A stretch of DNA of 64,000 nucleotides from Thermoplasmata archaeon (GTDB lineage Archaea; Thermoplasmatota; SW-10-69-26; JACQPN01; JAJPHT01). Of the stretch, positions 44,250 through 54,437 are shown in pieces. The notes below the pieces were generated by a model. That model saw only the letters and a program-made list of their open reading frames with translations. It made no database searches and was not told the origin of the DNA. The stretch is taken from positions 35,964 to 99,963 of the forward strand of contig JAXDQU010000050.1 in NCBI GenBank assembly GCA_034667685.1, given 5' to 3'. Numbering within the stretch: position 1 is the stretch's first letter; each line of letters starts with the position of its first letter. The translations under genes and the position numbers were made by a program.

Positions 44250-47200
44250 GTGACGCGCGTCCGCTCCAGCCTGGCCATTGCCCTTCTTCTCCTTGCCCTC
44301 TATGCCGCGCCGCTGCTGCCTTCGGGCCGCGCGACGCCAGGCGACCTCGTCGCGACCGCCACCGTCCCCGTGCCAGGCAGCATCGGCGTCTCGATCGCCT
44401 TCGACGGGCACACGTTCTACTACACCAACTACCAGGACCCGACGCTCTACGGCTACACCGTGGCGTGCTCGGGCGGCTCGTGCGCCACGACGTTGACGCT
44501 CACCGAGCCCATCGTGGACGCGGGCTCCGGCGCGCACGTCTCCATGGGCTCGATGGCGTACGACGCGACGCGCCACGTCCTCTGGGCCGGCGCGGACGGC
44601 AGCAACGCGGTCTACCAGATCGACCCCGCCACCGGCGCGGCGACGATGGCGTTCACCGCGAGCGCGTGCCCCATGGCCGGCATCGTGGACGGCCTGGGCT
44701 ACGACGCGATCAACGACCTAATCCTCTACAGCCCCGACACGTCGCACACCGTCTGCGAGTACACGCCCGCGGGCTCCCTGTTCGGCACCATCAGCATCGA
44801 CTCGCTCGTGGGCTTCCCGGGCTGCTACAACTCGGGCGTCGCGATCGGCGGCAGCGTGCTCTACCTGGGCTCCGACGGCTGCGGGCAAATCGCCGGCTAC
44901 GACCGCGACTCGCTCGCCAGCCTCGGCACGTTCGCCTCGCCCGGCGGCCGCGACGAGGGCATGACGTGCGACCCCGTGACGTTCGCGCCGCGCAGCGTCA
45001 TCTGGTCCAAGGACGCGTACAACAACGTGGCGACGGCGTTCGAGATCGCGGATGGCACCTGCGGCGTGGGCGGCGAGCCCCCGTGCACGCCCTCGATCGC
45101 CACGACGATCGACGACCCCGCGCCCGGCTTCGACTACTTCGCCGGAGGCAAGGTCGCGCAGAGCCCGCTCCAGGCGTTCCCGCGCGTCAATGGCGTCGTC
45201 ACGCTCGACGCGCACGCGACCGGCTCGGCCGCGCCCGTGCGCGCGGACTTCCGCGTCGACGGCCACCTCGTGGGCACCGCCACGAGCGCGCCCTTCCAGA
45301 TCGCGTGGGACAGCGGCAGCGTGGCGCCCGGCCCGCACTCGCTGGGCGTCACGATCACGCCCGACTCGGGCTGCCCGTCCACCGCGACCCAGGCGTTCCA
45401 GGTCACGTGCGGCGCGCCGATCCTCGTCGCGGTCTCGCGCCCCGCCGCCGGCACGACGTACTACCAGGACATCGCGCACCCCGGCCAGCCCGGCCCCGCG
45501 CTCGTGCTGGGTGATATCACGCTCGCCGCGACCGCCTCCGATCCCTCGCGCATCGGCAGCGTGGACTGGTCGATCGACGGCCAGCCGCTCGCGACGGGCC
45601 TCGTGGGCGCGCCGTGGAGCGCGCTCTGGCCCGCCAGCGCCGCGAGCCCCGGCCTGCACGCGCTGACCGCGACGTTCCACGAGACGGAGAACGCCGTGTG
45701 CGTCGACGTCGCCACCGCGACCGCGCGCGTCTCGGTGCTGCGGCAGGACGCCTCCGCGCAGGGCGTGTGGATCGGCCTGGAGCAGCCCGCGGAGCCCAGC
45801 GTCTACACCGAGCCCGTCCCCGCGCCGGGCAGCGCCACGACGCTCGACTACGCGAACGCGGCCGTCGGCCTCGAGGCGCGCGCCGTGGTGGACGACGCCA
45901 CGACGAGCCTGGGCGCCGCGCACGCGTCGAGCCAGGTGAGCGACGTCAGCCTGCTCCATGGCCTCGTGGTGGCGAAGCTGCTGCGCGGCGAGGCGGCGAT
46001 CGCGCTCGACGCCTCCGACCTGAGCTTCCCCGCCGACGCCACCGGCTCGCACGTCGCGGGCCTTCTCGTCAACGGCGTGCCCGTCACCGTGAGCAACCCG
46101 AACACGCGCGTCGATCTTCCCGGCGTCGGGCACCTGGTCCTCGATGAGCGGCTGCTGCGCGACGCGCCCGGCCACCGCGAGCTTCAGGTGAACGCGCTCC
46201 ACCTCTACGTGGACCACGCGGGCCTGCGCGGCGAGGTCGTGCTGGGCAGCGCGGTCGTGGGCCTCGACGACGCGCTGGGCGCCTTCACCGGCCGCGCGCA
46301 CGAGTCCGACCCGCAGGACGACGCCGGCAGCGGCGGCGACGCGGGCGATTCGCGCGCCGGCGGCCTCGTGCTCCCCGTGGGCCAGGGCGGCGCCGACCTC
46401 GGCTCGCTCGTCGTGGGCGGCCGGCTCGGCGAGAATGATATCGCGGACCACTACCTCGTGCACGTCGCGCAGGGCGAGAAGATCGAGGCGACGCTCAAGC
46501 CCGCCGAGGCCGCGCAGGTCGGCCTTGGGCACGTCACGCCGCCGCCCCCGCCCTCGCTCTCCGGCGTCAACCTCGACGGCTCGCAGATCCCCGCGATGGA
46601 GCTGCGCCTGCTGGAGCCCTCCGACGGCGCGGTCGAGGTGACCTCGGCGCTCCCGCTCTCGGCGCCGCAGCGCGCGGAGCTGAACGTCAACCAGACCGGC
46701 CTCTGGGACCTCGTGGTCAGCGGCGACGCGGGCAACTACACGCTGAGCGTCAGCGTCGTCCCCGCGCCCCTCGCGCCGCAGGCCTTCGCGGGCGCGGCGT
46801 GCGGCGACGCCAACGCGCCGTGGCTGGCCGCGTCGGGCGTCCTCAGCAGCATGGGCGGCACCGACGCGCGCCAGGTCTGGCGGCTCAACGCCAGCATCGG
46901 CGACGACCTCGCCGTCGAGCTGCTGATGCCCGACCCCGACGGCCAGGACCTCGACCTGACGCTCTACGACGCGGCGTGCCAGGTGGTCGCTCAGTCGCAG
47001 AACGGCAAGGAGCTGCTCTGGCCGGGAGACACGCCCAAGGGGTTGAGCGACCTCGTCGCGCAGCTCCCCGTCCTCCACACCCAGACCTACTGGGTCGAGG
47101 TGTCGCGCTACCTCGGCGCGGGCAACTACCTGCTCCAGCCCCAGGTGGGCAGCGCGATCCCCACCGCGCCGGGCAACGACGCCATGACCGGGCAGGACGC

Positions 47201-47525
47201 GTCCAACGACGCCAACGCGCCCACGCCGCTCCCCCTCCCGCAGGGCGTCTTCGAGGGGCGCTTCGAGGACAACGACCCGGCGGACGTCTACAGCGTCCAC
47301 CTCGCGGCGGGCGAGCGCGCCCTCGTGACGTTCGTGCCCTCGCCCGCGAACACGGGCCACATGCAGGTCAGCGGCGTGGGCGTCGCCATCGACCGGCAGG
47401 AGGACGTGGACGGCCGGGCCGCGTTCCAGCTGACGGCGCCGGCGGGCCAGGACGTGGACGCGGTGATCGCGCTCACGCCTGGCGTGGGTGGCGGGAACTA
47501 CGCGCTCGCCGTCGTGCACAAGTGA
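44250..47525 (+). CDS. Secreted multidomain protein, 1,091 aa: beta-propeller, two Big_7-like Ig domains, choice-of-anchor-P-like domain, PPC-like C-terminal repeats
   Basis: GTG 44250 with GGAGG SD; signal peptide; AFDG/AYD/GYD blade starts; VDGHLVGTATSAPFQIAWD; LLVNGVPV...PNTRVDLPGVGHLVLDE; QDDAGSGGDAGD and NDAMTGQDASND. Confidence 0.85.
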   Translation: MTRVRSSLAIALLLLALYAAPLLPSGRATPGDLVATATVPVPGSIGVSIAFDGHTFYYTNYQDPTLYGYTVACSGGSCATTLTLTEPIVDAGSGAHVSMGSMAYDATRHVLWAGADGSNAVYQIDPATGAATMAFTASACPMAGIVDGLGYDAINDLILYSPDTSHTVCEYTPAGSLFGTISIDSLVGFPGCYNSGVAIGGSVLYLGSDGCGQIAGYDRDSLASLGTFASPGGRDEGMTCDPVTFAPRSVIWSKDAYNNVATAFEIADGTCGVGGEPPCTPSIATTIDDPAPGFDYFAGGKVAQSPLQAFPRVNGVVTLDAHATGSAAPVRADFRVDGHLVGTATSAPFQIAWDSGSVAPGPHSLGVTITPDSGCPSTATQAFQVTCGAPILVAVSRPAAGTTYYQDIAHPGQPGPALVLGDITLAATASDPSRIGSVDWSIDGQPLATGLVGAPWSALWPASAASPGLHALTATFHETENAVCVDVATATARVSVLRQDASAQGVWIGLEQPAEPSVYTEPVPAPGSATTLDYANAAVGLEARAVVDDATTSLGAAHASSQVSDVSLLHGLVVAKLLRGEAAIALDASDLSFPADATGSHVAGLLVNGVPVTVSNPNTRVDLPGVGHLVLDERLLRDAPGHRELQVNALHLYVDHAGLRGEVVLGSAVVGLDDALGAFTGRAHESDPQDDAGSGGDAGDSRAGGLVLPVGQGGADLGSLVVGGRLGENDIADHYLVHVAQGEKIEATLKPAEAAQVGLGHVTPPPPPSLSGVNLDGSQIPAMELRLLEPSDGAVEVTSALPLSAPQRAELNVNQTGLWDLVVSGDAGNYTLSVSVVPAPLAPQAFAGAACGDANAPWLAASGVLSSMGGTDARQVWRLNASIGDDLAVELLMPDPDGQDLDLTLYDAACQVVAQSQNGKELLWPGDTPKGLSDLVAQLPVLHTQTYWVEVSRYLGAGNYLLQPQVGSAIPTAPGNDAMTGQDASNDANAPTPLPLPQGVFEGRFEDNDPADVYSVHLAAGERALVTFVPSPANTGHMQVSGVGVAIDRQEDVDGRAAFQLTAPAGQDVDAVIALTPGVGGGNYALAVVHK

Positions 47526-47538
47526 CGGGGGCTCTGGA

Positions 47539-47567
47539 CTCAGGGCTCGGGACTCCGGAGCCCTGAG
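47539..47567. repeat. Short palindrome made of ~7-bp units between convergent genes; possible bidirectional terminator
   Basis: CTCAGGGCTC/GAGCCCTGAG arms within GGCTCTG-GACTCAG-GGCTCGG-GACTCCG units. Confidence 0.7.
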
Positions 47568-47581
47568 CCTGAAAAGGGCAC

Positions 47582-47851
47582 TCAGCGCGCCTTGCGCTTG
47601 GGGGCGGGCTTCCCGATCGCCCCGCCCTGCTGCAGCACCGCGAGGAGCGCGTCGTGCGCGTCGCCGGTGTGGAAGTGGGTCATCTCGACGTCGCGCTCCG
47701 AGAGGCCCAGCGCGGCACGGTCCTCCAGGCTGAAGCCCAGCGCGTCGCGGCCTTCGGCGGGCGCCTGGGGCTCCACGTCGTCCCACGTCGGAGCGACCGG
47801 GGCGGAGGACTTGGCGAGGGGGGGCGTGATGGGCTTCGCCATGGTTTTCAC
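47582..47851 (-). CDS. Small hypothetical protein, 86-89 aa
   Basis: Codon bias fits; TATA-like CCTTATG ~30 nt upstream; alternative ATG at 47842. Confidence 0.65.
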   Translation of the reverse strand: MKTMAKPITPPLAKSSAPVAPTWDDVEPQAPAEGRDALGFSLEDRAALGLSERDVEMTHFHTGDAHDALLAVLQQGGAIGKPAPKRKAR

Positions 47852-47967
47852 TACCTTTCACCAAAACGGGGACCCTGCATAAGGCCGCCGGCAGCGCAAC
47901 CGGCAGGCGTCGATGGGGGGGTCGTTCGGGTGGCAGCCTTCAAGCGACACCCGGACCTCCCCCGGCC

Positions 47968-49113
47968 GTGCAGCCGAAGGGCGTCCCGGCCGACGAGATC
48001 CGCGCCCGGCTGGCCCGCGAACGCGCCCGCGACACCCCCTTCGGCTCGGGGCGCATCCTGGGCTCCATGTGCACCGCGCCGCACCCCATCGCCCTGGAGG
48101 CGTGGCGCCTCTTCGCCGAGACGAACCTGGGCGACCCGCACCTCTGCCCCGGCGCGCGCACCCTGGAGGACGAGGCGCTCGCCGACCTGGGCGCCATGCT
48201 CCACGCCCCCGCCTCGGCCCGCGGCGCGTTCGTCACCGGCGGCAGCGAGGCGAACCTCACCGCCGTCCTCCTCGCCGCGCGCAAGAAGGGGGGACGCGAG
48301 GTCGTCCTTCCCGAGAGCGCCCACTTCAGCTTCGACAAGGCGTGCAGCTGGCTCGGGCTGCGCCAGATCACGGCCCGCCTGAAGCGCGACGGCACCGTGG
48401 ACGTGGACGACGTCGCCGCGCGGCTCGGCTCCCAGACGGCGTGCGTCGTGGGCATCGCGGGCACCACCGAGCTTGGCGCCGTGGACGACATCCCGGCGCT
48501 GGCGCGCATCTGCCAAGACGCGCGCGTCCCGCTGCACGTCGACGCCGCATGGGGCGGCTTCGTGATCCCCTTCGCGCGGAAGCTCGGCCGCAAGCTCCCC
48601 GACTTCGACCTCGCCCTCGAAGGCGTCACCACCCTCTGCGTCGACCCCCACAAGATGGGCCTCGCGCCGATCCCCTCGGGTATGCTCTTCGCCCGCGACG
48701 CCCGCGACTTCGACCCCCTCGCCGTGCCGAGCCCCTACGTGAGCGTCGAGCGCCAGCCCACCCTGCAAGGCACGCGCAACGGCGCCGCGCCGGCCGCCAC
48801 CTGGGCCGTCATGCGCCACTTGGGAGCCGATGGCTACACGCACGCCATCCAGCGTTGCCTCGACGTGACCGCGCACCTCGTCCAAGGCCTGGAGAAGTCC
48901 GGCTTCCCCCCGGTGATCCCGCCGCCCCTCTCCATCGTCGCGTTCCGCGTCGCCGACCCGCAGGACGCGCGCCGCCGCCTGCGCGAGCAAGGATGGCTCG
49001 TCAGCCTCGCGCCGCTCACCGGCGGCCTCAAGGTCGTCGTCGGCCCGCACGTCACGAAGGAAGCGATCGACGGATTCCTGGCCGTCCTGCCAAGCTGCGC
49101 GGAGGCGGCGTAG
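47968..49113 (+). CDS. mfnA: PLP-dependent tyrosine/aspartate decarboxylase
   Basis: GSMCT.PHP, TNLGDP.L.PG, GGSEAN, HVDAAWGG, PLP-Lys motif DPHKMG. Confidence 0.9.
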   Translation: MQPKGVPADEIRARLARERARDTPFGSGRILGSMCTAPHPIALEAWRLFAETNLGDPHLCPGARTLEDEALADLGAMLHAPASARGAFVTGGSEANLTAVLLAARKKGGREVVLPESAHFSFDKACSWLGLRQITARLKRDGTVDVDDVAARLGSQTACVVGIAGTTELGAVDDIPALARICQDARVPLHVDAAWGGFVIPFARKLGRKLPDFDLALEGVTTLCVDPHKMGLAPIPSGMLFARDARDFDPLAVPSPYVSVERQPTLQGTRNGAAPAATWAVMRHLGADGYTHAIQRCLDVTAHLVQGLEKSGFPPVIPPPLSIVAFRVADPQDARRRLREQGWLVSLAPLTGGLKVVVGPHVTKEAIDGFLAVLPSCAEAA

Positions 49114-49674
49114 GTGGGCAAGCTTCTGAGGCGCAGCCTCGTCGAAGCCCCCGTGGTCGACTTCGGCGGCTATCATTACTTCGTGCACCCGCTCACCGAC
49201 GGCATCCCCGCCATCGAGCCCGCGCTCCTGCGCGAGATCGTGGACGAGATCGTGCGCATCGCGGAGCTGAAGGGCGCGGAGCGCATCGTCACCGTCGAGG
49301 CCATGGGCATCCCCGTGAGCACGGCGCTCTCGCTGGCGACGGGCATCCCGGTCACCGTCGTGCGCAAGCGGCGCTACGGTCTCCCCGGCGAGCAGACGAT
49401 CGGCCAGGCGACGGGCTACAGCAAGGGCGCGCTCCACCTCAACGGCCTCGCGCGGGGCCAGCGCATCGTCTTCGTGGACGACGTGATCAGCACCGGCGGG
49501 ACGCTCGGGCCGCTCCTGCGCGCGTTCCACGACGCGGGCCTCGTGGTGCAGGACGTCGTCGTCATCATCGAGAAGGGCGAGGGCAAGGCGCGCATCGAGA
49601 AGGAGCACGGCGTCCGCGTCAAGACGCTCCAGCGCATCGAGGTGCGCGGGGGCAAGGTCGTGCTGCTGGACTAG
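49114..49674 (+). CDS. hpt: Archaeal hypoxanthine/guanine (purine) phosphoribosyltransferase
   Basis: YFVHPLTDG.P, VEAMGIP, RKRRYGLPGE, TGYSKG, PRPP motif VDDVISTGGT. Confidence 0.9.
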   Translation: MGKLLRRSLVEAPVVDFGGYHYFVHPLTDGIPAIEPALLREIVDEIVRIAELKGAERIVTVEAMGIPVSTALSLATGIPVTVVRKRRYGLPGEQTIGQATGYSKGALHLNGLARGQRIVFVDDVISTGGTLGPLLRAFHDAGLVVQDVVVIIEKGEGKARIEKEHGVRVKTLQRIEVRGGKVVLLD

Positions 49675-49706
49675 GCTTTTGAAGGAGAAGCGGCCTCGGC
49701 GAATCC

Positions 49707-50825
49707 GTGGCCACGTACGAGGGCGAGACCCAGCGCAGGGCGACGGGCCCGCTCTTCGAGTCGTACGACATGGACCTCGACGCCGTCGCGCGCCGCATCC
49801 GCGAGCGCCCCGGCACCAAGAGCGTCGGCCTCCAGTTCCCCGACGGCCTGCGCGACTACGCCACCGAGATCGAGAAGCTCCTCGCCCCCCAGACGCCCGG
49901 CGTCGAGTACGTCATCAGCGCGGACCCGAGCTACGGCGCGTGCGACCTCGCGCTGAACCTCCAGCGCCTCGGCGTCGACCTGCTGATCCACTTCGGCCAC
50001 ACCGAGATGCCCAGCATCAACCACCTCTTCGACTGGGACGTCATGTACGTCAGCGCGCGCCACAAGCTCGACGTGGGCCCCGTGAGCGCCGCGGGCGCGA
50101 AGCGCCTCGAAGAGCTGACCGGCGGGGGCAAGCGGGTGGGCATCGTCACCACCGCGCAGCACCAGCACAAGCTCCAGCAGATGGGCGACGCGATGAAGGC
50201 CGCCGGCTTCGAGCCGCTCGTGGGCGCCGGCGACAACCGCCTCGCGGGTCTCGGCCAGCTCCTGGGTTGCAACTACACCGCGGGCACGAGCATCGAGCAG
50301 GACGTCGATGGCTTCGTGTACGTGGGAAGCGGCGACTTCCATCCGATCGCGATCGCGTGGGGCACCAAGAAGCCCGTCGTGCTGGCGGACCCGTACAGCG
50401 GCGAGGTGCGCACGCTCGACGAGGTCATGGACAAGCTGATGCGCCAGCGCTTCGCGGCGATCCAGCGCGCGCAGGGCGCCAAGGCGTTCGGGATCCTCGT
50501 GGGCACGCGCGTGGGCCAGGAGCGCATGCGCCTCGCGCGCGGCCTCAAGAAGATGCTCGAGCAGAAGGGGTACGAGGCGCACCTCGTCGCGCTGGACTTC
50601 TTCTCGTGGGACAACCTGCAATACTTCCGCCACCTCGACGCGCTGGTCAACACGAGCTGCCCGCGCATCACCACCGACGACTACGCGCGCTACCCCATGC
50701 CGATGCTCACGCCGCCCGAGCTGGAGATCGTGCTGGGCAAGCGCACGTGGGAAGAGTACGCCTTCGACGAGTTCAAGGGCACCAAGCCCGCGCCGCCGGG
50801 ACAGGCGCGCGTCGTTCGGTTGTAG
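49707..50825 (+). CDS. dph2: Diphthamide biosynthesis enzyme Dph2
   Basis: QFPDGL, YGACD, HFGH, LLGC and SCPRI (three Fe-S Cys). Confidence 0.95.
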   Translation: MATYEGETQRRATGPLFESYDMDLDAVARRIRERPGTKSVGLQFPDGLRDYATEIEKLLAPQTPGVEYVISADPSYGACDLALNLQRLGVDLLIHFGHTEMPSINHLFDWDVMYVSARHKLDVGPVSAAGAKRLEELTGGGKRVGIVTTAQHQHKLQQMGDAMKAAGFEPLVGAGDNRLAGLGQLLGCNYTAGTSIEQDVDGFVYVGSGDFHPIAIAWGTKKPVVLADPYSGEVRTLDEVMDKLMRQRFAAIQRAQGAKAFGILVGTRVGQERMRLARGLKKMLEQKGYEAHLVALDFFSWDNLQYFRHLDALVNTSCPRITTDDYARYPMPMLTPPELEIVLGKRTWEEYAFDEFKGTKPAPPGQARVVRL

Positions 50826-50835
50826 GCTGGTCCTG

Positions 50836-50930
50836 GCCGCCTCCGGCGGGAAACCACGGAATCTCCGAATCACGGAATCAGGCGGAGATTCCGAGATTCG
50901 GAGATTCCGTGGTTTCCCGCCGGAGGCGGC
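50836..50930. repeat. Palindromic element, family B short copy
   Basis: 44-bp arms with 1 mismatch and a 7-nt loop; 8-bp GGAATCTC-type units; same termini as the 43934 copy. Confidence 0.92.
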
Positions 50931-50974
50931 GGCGTGCCACATGTTCCATATGGAGCCGACGCGCTCGGCCACCC

Positions 50975-51340
50975 GTGGGCGCCCTCCAGTGGATCGCCAT
51001 CGCCGCCATCGGCCTCGCCGCGGCGTTCGGCGCCGCCTACCTGATCACCGGCGGCCACCTCTTCGACGGCTGCGCGATCCACCTGGAAAGCGAAGCCACG
51101 CGCGACGCGAGCTATCACGTCGACTTCCGCGGCAGGACCGACGCCGCCGGCGGCACGCTGCATCCTGGCGCGAAGGCCGACGTGAAGCTCTGCACGTTCT
51201 CGCCGCGCGGGCTGCCCGAGGGCGCGCTGCGCGTCGACGGGCTGGGCAACGCGACGTTCCGGCTCGATCCGTACTGCGACGACTGGACGTTCCTTGTGAA
51301 CGATAGCGCGATCACCGCGGCGAGCCGGGCGTGTGCGTAG
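50975..51340 (+). CDS. Small membrane-anchored protein, 121 aa
   Basis: N-terminal TM (WIAIAAIGLAAAFGAAYLI) and 4 Cys. Confidence 0.7.
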   Translation: MGALQWIAIAAIGLAAAFGAAYLITGGHLFDGCAIHLESEATRDASYHVDFRGRTDAAGGTLHPGAKADVKLCTFSPRGLPEGALRVDGLGNATFRLDPYCDDWTFLVNDSAITAASRACA

Positions 51341-51354
51341 GGAGCGCGGCGTGC

Positions 51355-51773
51355 CTATGCCGGCAGGCGCCCCACGCCACAGGTCGTCGTGCACCCGATG
51401 CTCACCCCGGCCTCCGCGATGTCCAAGGCGCATCCGGCGGTCATCCGCTCGGTGGTGTGCCCCTCCAGCGAGACCAGCCCCGTCACGCTCCCCGTCACGC
51501 CGAAGTCGCGGAGGATCGTGGCCGCAAGGCTCGGTGGCACGTGGGCGTTCCAGTGCGCGCCCACCGTGCGATCGAAGTCAACGGTCGCGCCGGCCTCGGC
51601 GATGAAAGGCTCGCCCGCCCGGATGTCGGAGCCGCAGTCCTGCGTGGGCAGCGTGAACGAGGACGCGCGGGCGATGAACGTGATGGTGGGACGCCGCCCA
51701 CGTAGAGCGTCCACCCGGAGACGCCGTTCTGGAGATCCAAGGCGGGCCCGGCCATGGAGATGATTCGATTCAT
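51355..51773 (-). pseudogene. Possible frameshifted or degraded ORF
   Basis: MNRIISMAG...GWTLYVGGVP in one frame continues as TITFIARASSFTLPTQDC... in another frame near 51685-51692. Confidence 0.3.
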
Positions 51774-51861
51774 GGTCTCACGCCCCCGAAAGGGGGGCGG
51801 GATGGGGAGCAAGCGCGGGGGCGATGTGCGTTGCCCCGCCGACAACTCCGTGGTTGCGGCG

Positions 51862-53403
51862 TTACGGCCCCGCCTCGACGTCGAACGACACACCCTGCGC
51901 CAGGGGGAGCTTCGTCGAGTAGTTGATCGTGTTCGTGCTGCGGCGCATGTACTGCTTCCAGCTGTCGGAGCCGCTCTCGCGCCCGCCGCCCGTCTCCTTC
52001 TCGCCGCCGAACGCGCCGCCGATCTCGGCGCCGCTGGTGCCGATGTTGACGTTGGCGATGCCGCAGTCCGAGCCCGCGGGCCCGAGGAACTCCTCGGCTT
52101 CGAGCAGGTCGCGCGTGAAGATGGCGCTGCTGAGGCCCTGCGGGACGTCGTTCTGGATCGCGATGGCGTTGGCGACCGGACCCGAGTAACGCATGACGTA
52201 GAGGATCGGCGCGAACGTCTCCTGCTTCACGATGTCGGTCTGCGCGGGCATGGCGACGATGGCGGGCTCGACGTAGCGCGAGCCGAGGTCGTCGCGGCGC
52301 TTGCCGCCCACGAGCACCTGGCCGCCCTGCTTCTTGGCGGCCTCCAGCGCCTCCATCATCTCGGTGACGGCGCGCTCGTTGACCAGCGGCCCCACGAGCG
52401 TCTTCTCGTCGAGCGGGTGGCCGATGCGGAGCGTCCTGTACGCGCGCACGAGCCGCTGCGTCAGCGCGTCGGCGACCTCCTCGTGGACCACGATGCGGCG
52501 CGTGCTGGTGCAGCGCTGGCCCGCGGTGCCGGCGGCGCCGAAGACGATGGCCCGGGTCGCCATGTCGAGGTCCGCGGACTTGCTGACGATGATCGCGTTG
52601 TTGCCGCCCAACTCCAGGATTGCGCGTCCGTAGCGCTGCGCCACGGTCTGGGAGAGGCGCTGGCCGATGCTGCACGAGCCCGTGAACGACACGAGCGGGA
52701 TGCGCGCGTCCTTCGCGATGCGGTCGCCCACGGTGCGCCCGGGTCCGATCACGAGCGTGCAGACGCCTTCGAAGCCGTGGCGCGCGAGCACGCGGTTGGC
52801 GATCCTGCTGACGGCGACGGCCGTGAGCGGCGTCTCGCTGCTGGGCTTCCACACCATGCTATCACCGCACACCGCGGCGATGAAGGCGTTCCACGACCAG
52901 ACTGCGACGGGGAAGTTGAACGCGCTGACGATGCCCACGACGCCCAGCGGGTGCCACTGCTCCATCATGCGGTGGCCGGGCCGCTCGCTCTGCATCGTGT
53001 TGCCGTAGAGCTGGCGCGAGAGGCCGACCGCGAAGTCCGCGACGTCGATCATCTCCTGCACCTCGCCGAGGCCCTCGGTCCTGATCTTGCCCATCTCCAG
53101 CGAGACGAGCGCGCCCAGGTCGTCCTTGTGCTTGCGCAGCTCCTCGCCCATCTCGCGCACGATCTGGCCGCGGAGGGGCGCGGGCGTGACGCGCCAGCGC
53201 AGGAACGCCTCGTGGGCCGCCTTGACGACGCGCTCGTAGTCGGCCTCGGTCGCCTGCTGCACGGTGGCGAGCACGCTGCCATCCGCGGGGCAGAGCACCT
53301 GGAGCGCCTCGCCGCCGCCGAACCACGCCTTGCCGTCGGTGGCGCCCGGGTTCGTCTCGGCGATCTCCAGGCGGCGCAGGATGCCCTTCACGTCGTGCTG
53401 CAT
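51862..53403 (-). CDS. Aldehyde dehydrogenase (ALDH7/antiquitin, piperideine-6-carboxylate dehydrogenase-like)
   Basis: EGLGEVQEMID, SAFNFPVAVW, SFTGS, LELGGNN, GQRCT, ETFAPILY, GRESGSD. Confidence 0.95.
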   Translation of the reverse strand: MQHDVKGILRRLEIAETNPGATDGKAWFGGGEALQVLCPADGSVLATVQQATEADYERVVKAAHEAFLRWRVTPAPLRGQIVREMGEELRKHKDDLGALVSLEMGKIRTEGLGEVQEMIDVADFAVGLSRQLYGNTMQSERPGHRMMEQWHPLGVVGIVSAFNFPVAVWSWNAFIAAVCGDSMVWKPSSETPLTAVAVSRIANRVLARHGFEGVCTLVIGPGRTVGDRIAKDARIPLVSFTGSCSIGQRLSQTVAQRYGRAILELGGNNAIIVSKSADLDMATRAIVFGAAGTAGQRCTSTRRIVVHEEVADALTQRLVRAYRTLRIGHPLDEKTLVGPLVNERAVTEMMEALEAAKKQGGQVLVGGKRRDDLGSRYVEPAIVAMPAQTDIVKQETFAPILYVMRYSGPVANAIAIQNDVPQGLSSAIFTRDLLEAEEFLGPAGSDCGIANVNIGTSGAEIGGAFGGEKETGGGRESGSDSWKQYMRRSTNTINYSTKLPLAQGVSFDVEAGP

Positions 53404-53495
53404 GCGGCTCGATCGGGGGTCCTCTGGATGAAGCTGCCGTCGGCCGCATAGGCGGGCGCGAGAAGCATGATACGCTTCCGCGGTGTCGCGCCCGC

Positions 53496-54308
53496 ATGCG
53501 CGCCTGGATCGTGGCTCTCGTCCTCCTGCTCGCCGTTCCCCCCGCGGGCGCGGCGCTTCCCGTCGATCCCGCGAGCGACGTGCCCGTCTACGCGCCCGTG
53601 GGCCACGACCACGGGATCTCCAACGCCCAGTACCAGCGCGGCAACTCGTACTGCGTCAGCTACGCGCCCAGCCCGCTTCCGTCGCTCGCGGCGCCGACGC
53701 TCTCGTTCCTGCGCTTCGAGTCCAGCGCGTCGCGGCCCGGCTGGAGCGATCTGGCGTTCCACCTGAACACCGTGCCCAACGCGGATGGATCCTGCGCGCC
53801 GCTCGTGATCCACCTGACCGCGCCGCTGGCGGACTACCCGGCCTCGACGTTCTACGACATGCAGGTCGAGACCTCGTGCGGGCGCGCGTACGTCAGCGTC
53901 ACGCACTACGCGACGCTCGACGTCTTCTCCATCGGCGTGGGGCCCGACGGCTGCATCCCCGGCCTCGCCACGTGGAGCGCGGCGTTCGCGTACGTCCCCG
54001 TCACGCGCCCCTCCACGTACCAGGCGTGCGATCCCCTCGAGGGGCTCTGTCCGGGCGCCAGCGAGACGTCCGGCGGCGCCTCGTGCGGCGACGGCGCGGA
54101 CGGCGGGAGCACGACGGTCGCCGTGCTGGGCGCGGGCCGCTCCTGCGACGGCGCCGCGCCCGGCTCGTGGTACGCCTACGTCCTCTTCGCGGGCGCCAAC
54201 GGCGACGCCGGCTCGTGCAACGCCTACGCGATCGTCGTCTACGAGGCGTGCCCGACGCAGGCGGGGCTGCCCTTCGAAGCCGCGCCCTGGGGACACCTTC
54301 TTCCCTAG
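53496..54308 (+). CDS. Secreted Cys-rich hypothetical protein, 270 aa
   Basis: Signal peptide (AWIVALVLLLAVPPAGA), many Cys, codon bias. Confidence 0.75.
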   Translation: MRAWIVALVLLLAVPPAGAALPVDPASDVPVYAPVGHDHGISNAQYQRGNSYCVSYAPSPLPSLAAPTLSFLRFESSASRPGWSDLAFHLNTVPNADGSCAPLVIHLTAPLADYPASTFYDMQVETSCGRAYVSVTHYATLDVFSIGVGPDGCIPGLATWSAAFAYVPVTRPSTYQACDPLEGLCPGASETSGGASCGDGADGGSTTVAVLGAGRSCDGAAPGSWYAYVLFAGANGDAGSCNAYAIVVYEACPTQAGLPFEAAPWGHLLP

Positions 54309-54437
54309 AACCTGTTTCATAACTTCCTCCATTGGCTGCGAGGTTTTTCTTTTCATCTTCCGTGCGGCGCGGCCCAAGCAGGGCCCAACCACGGGGAAGA
54401 ATCCTGCGCGACTGCGACAGAGGTTGTGAGACAGCAT

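Noticed and set aside
47968-50825. mfnA-hpt-dph2 as a novel pathway cluster
   Set aside because: These are ordinary archaeal housekeeping genes with unrelated functions; adjacency alone does not imply a new pathway.
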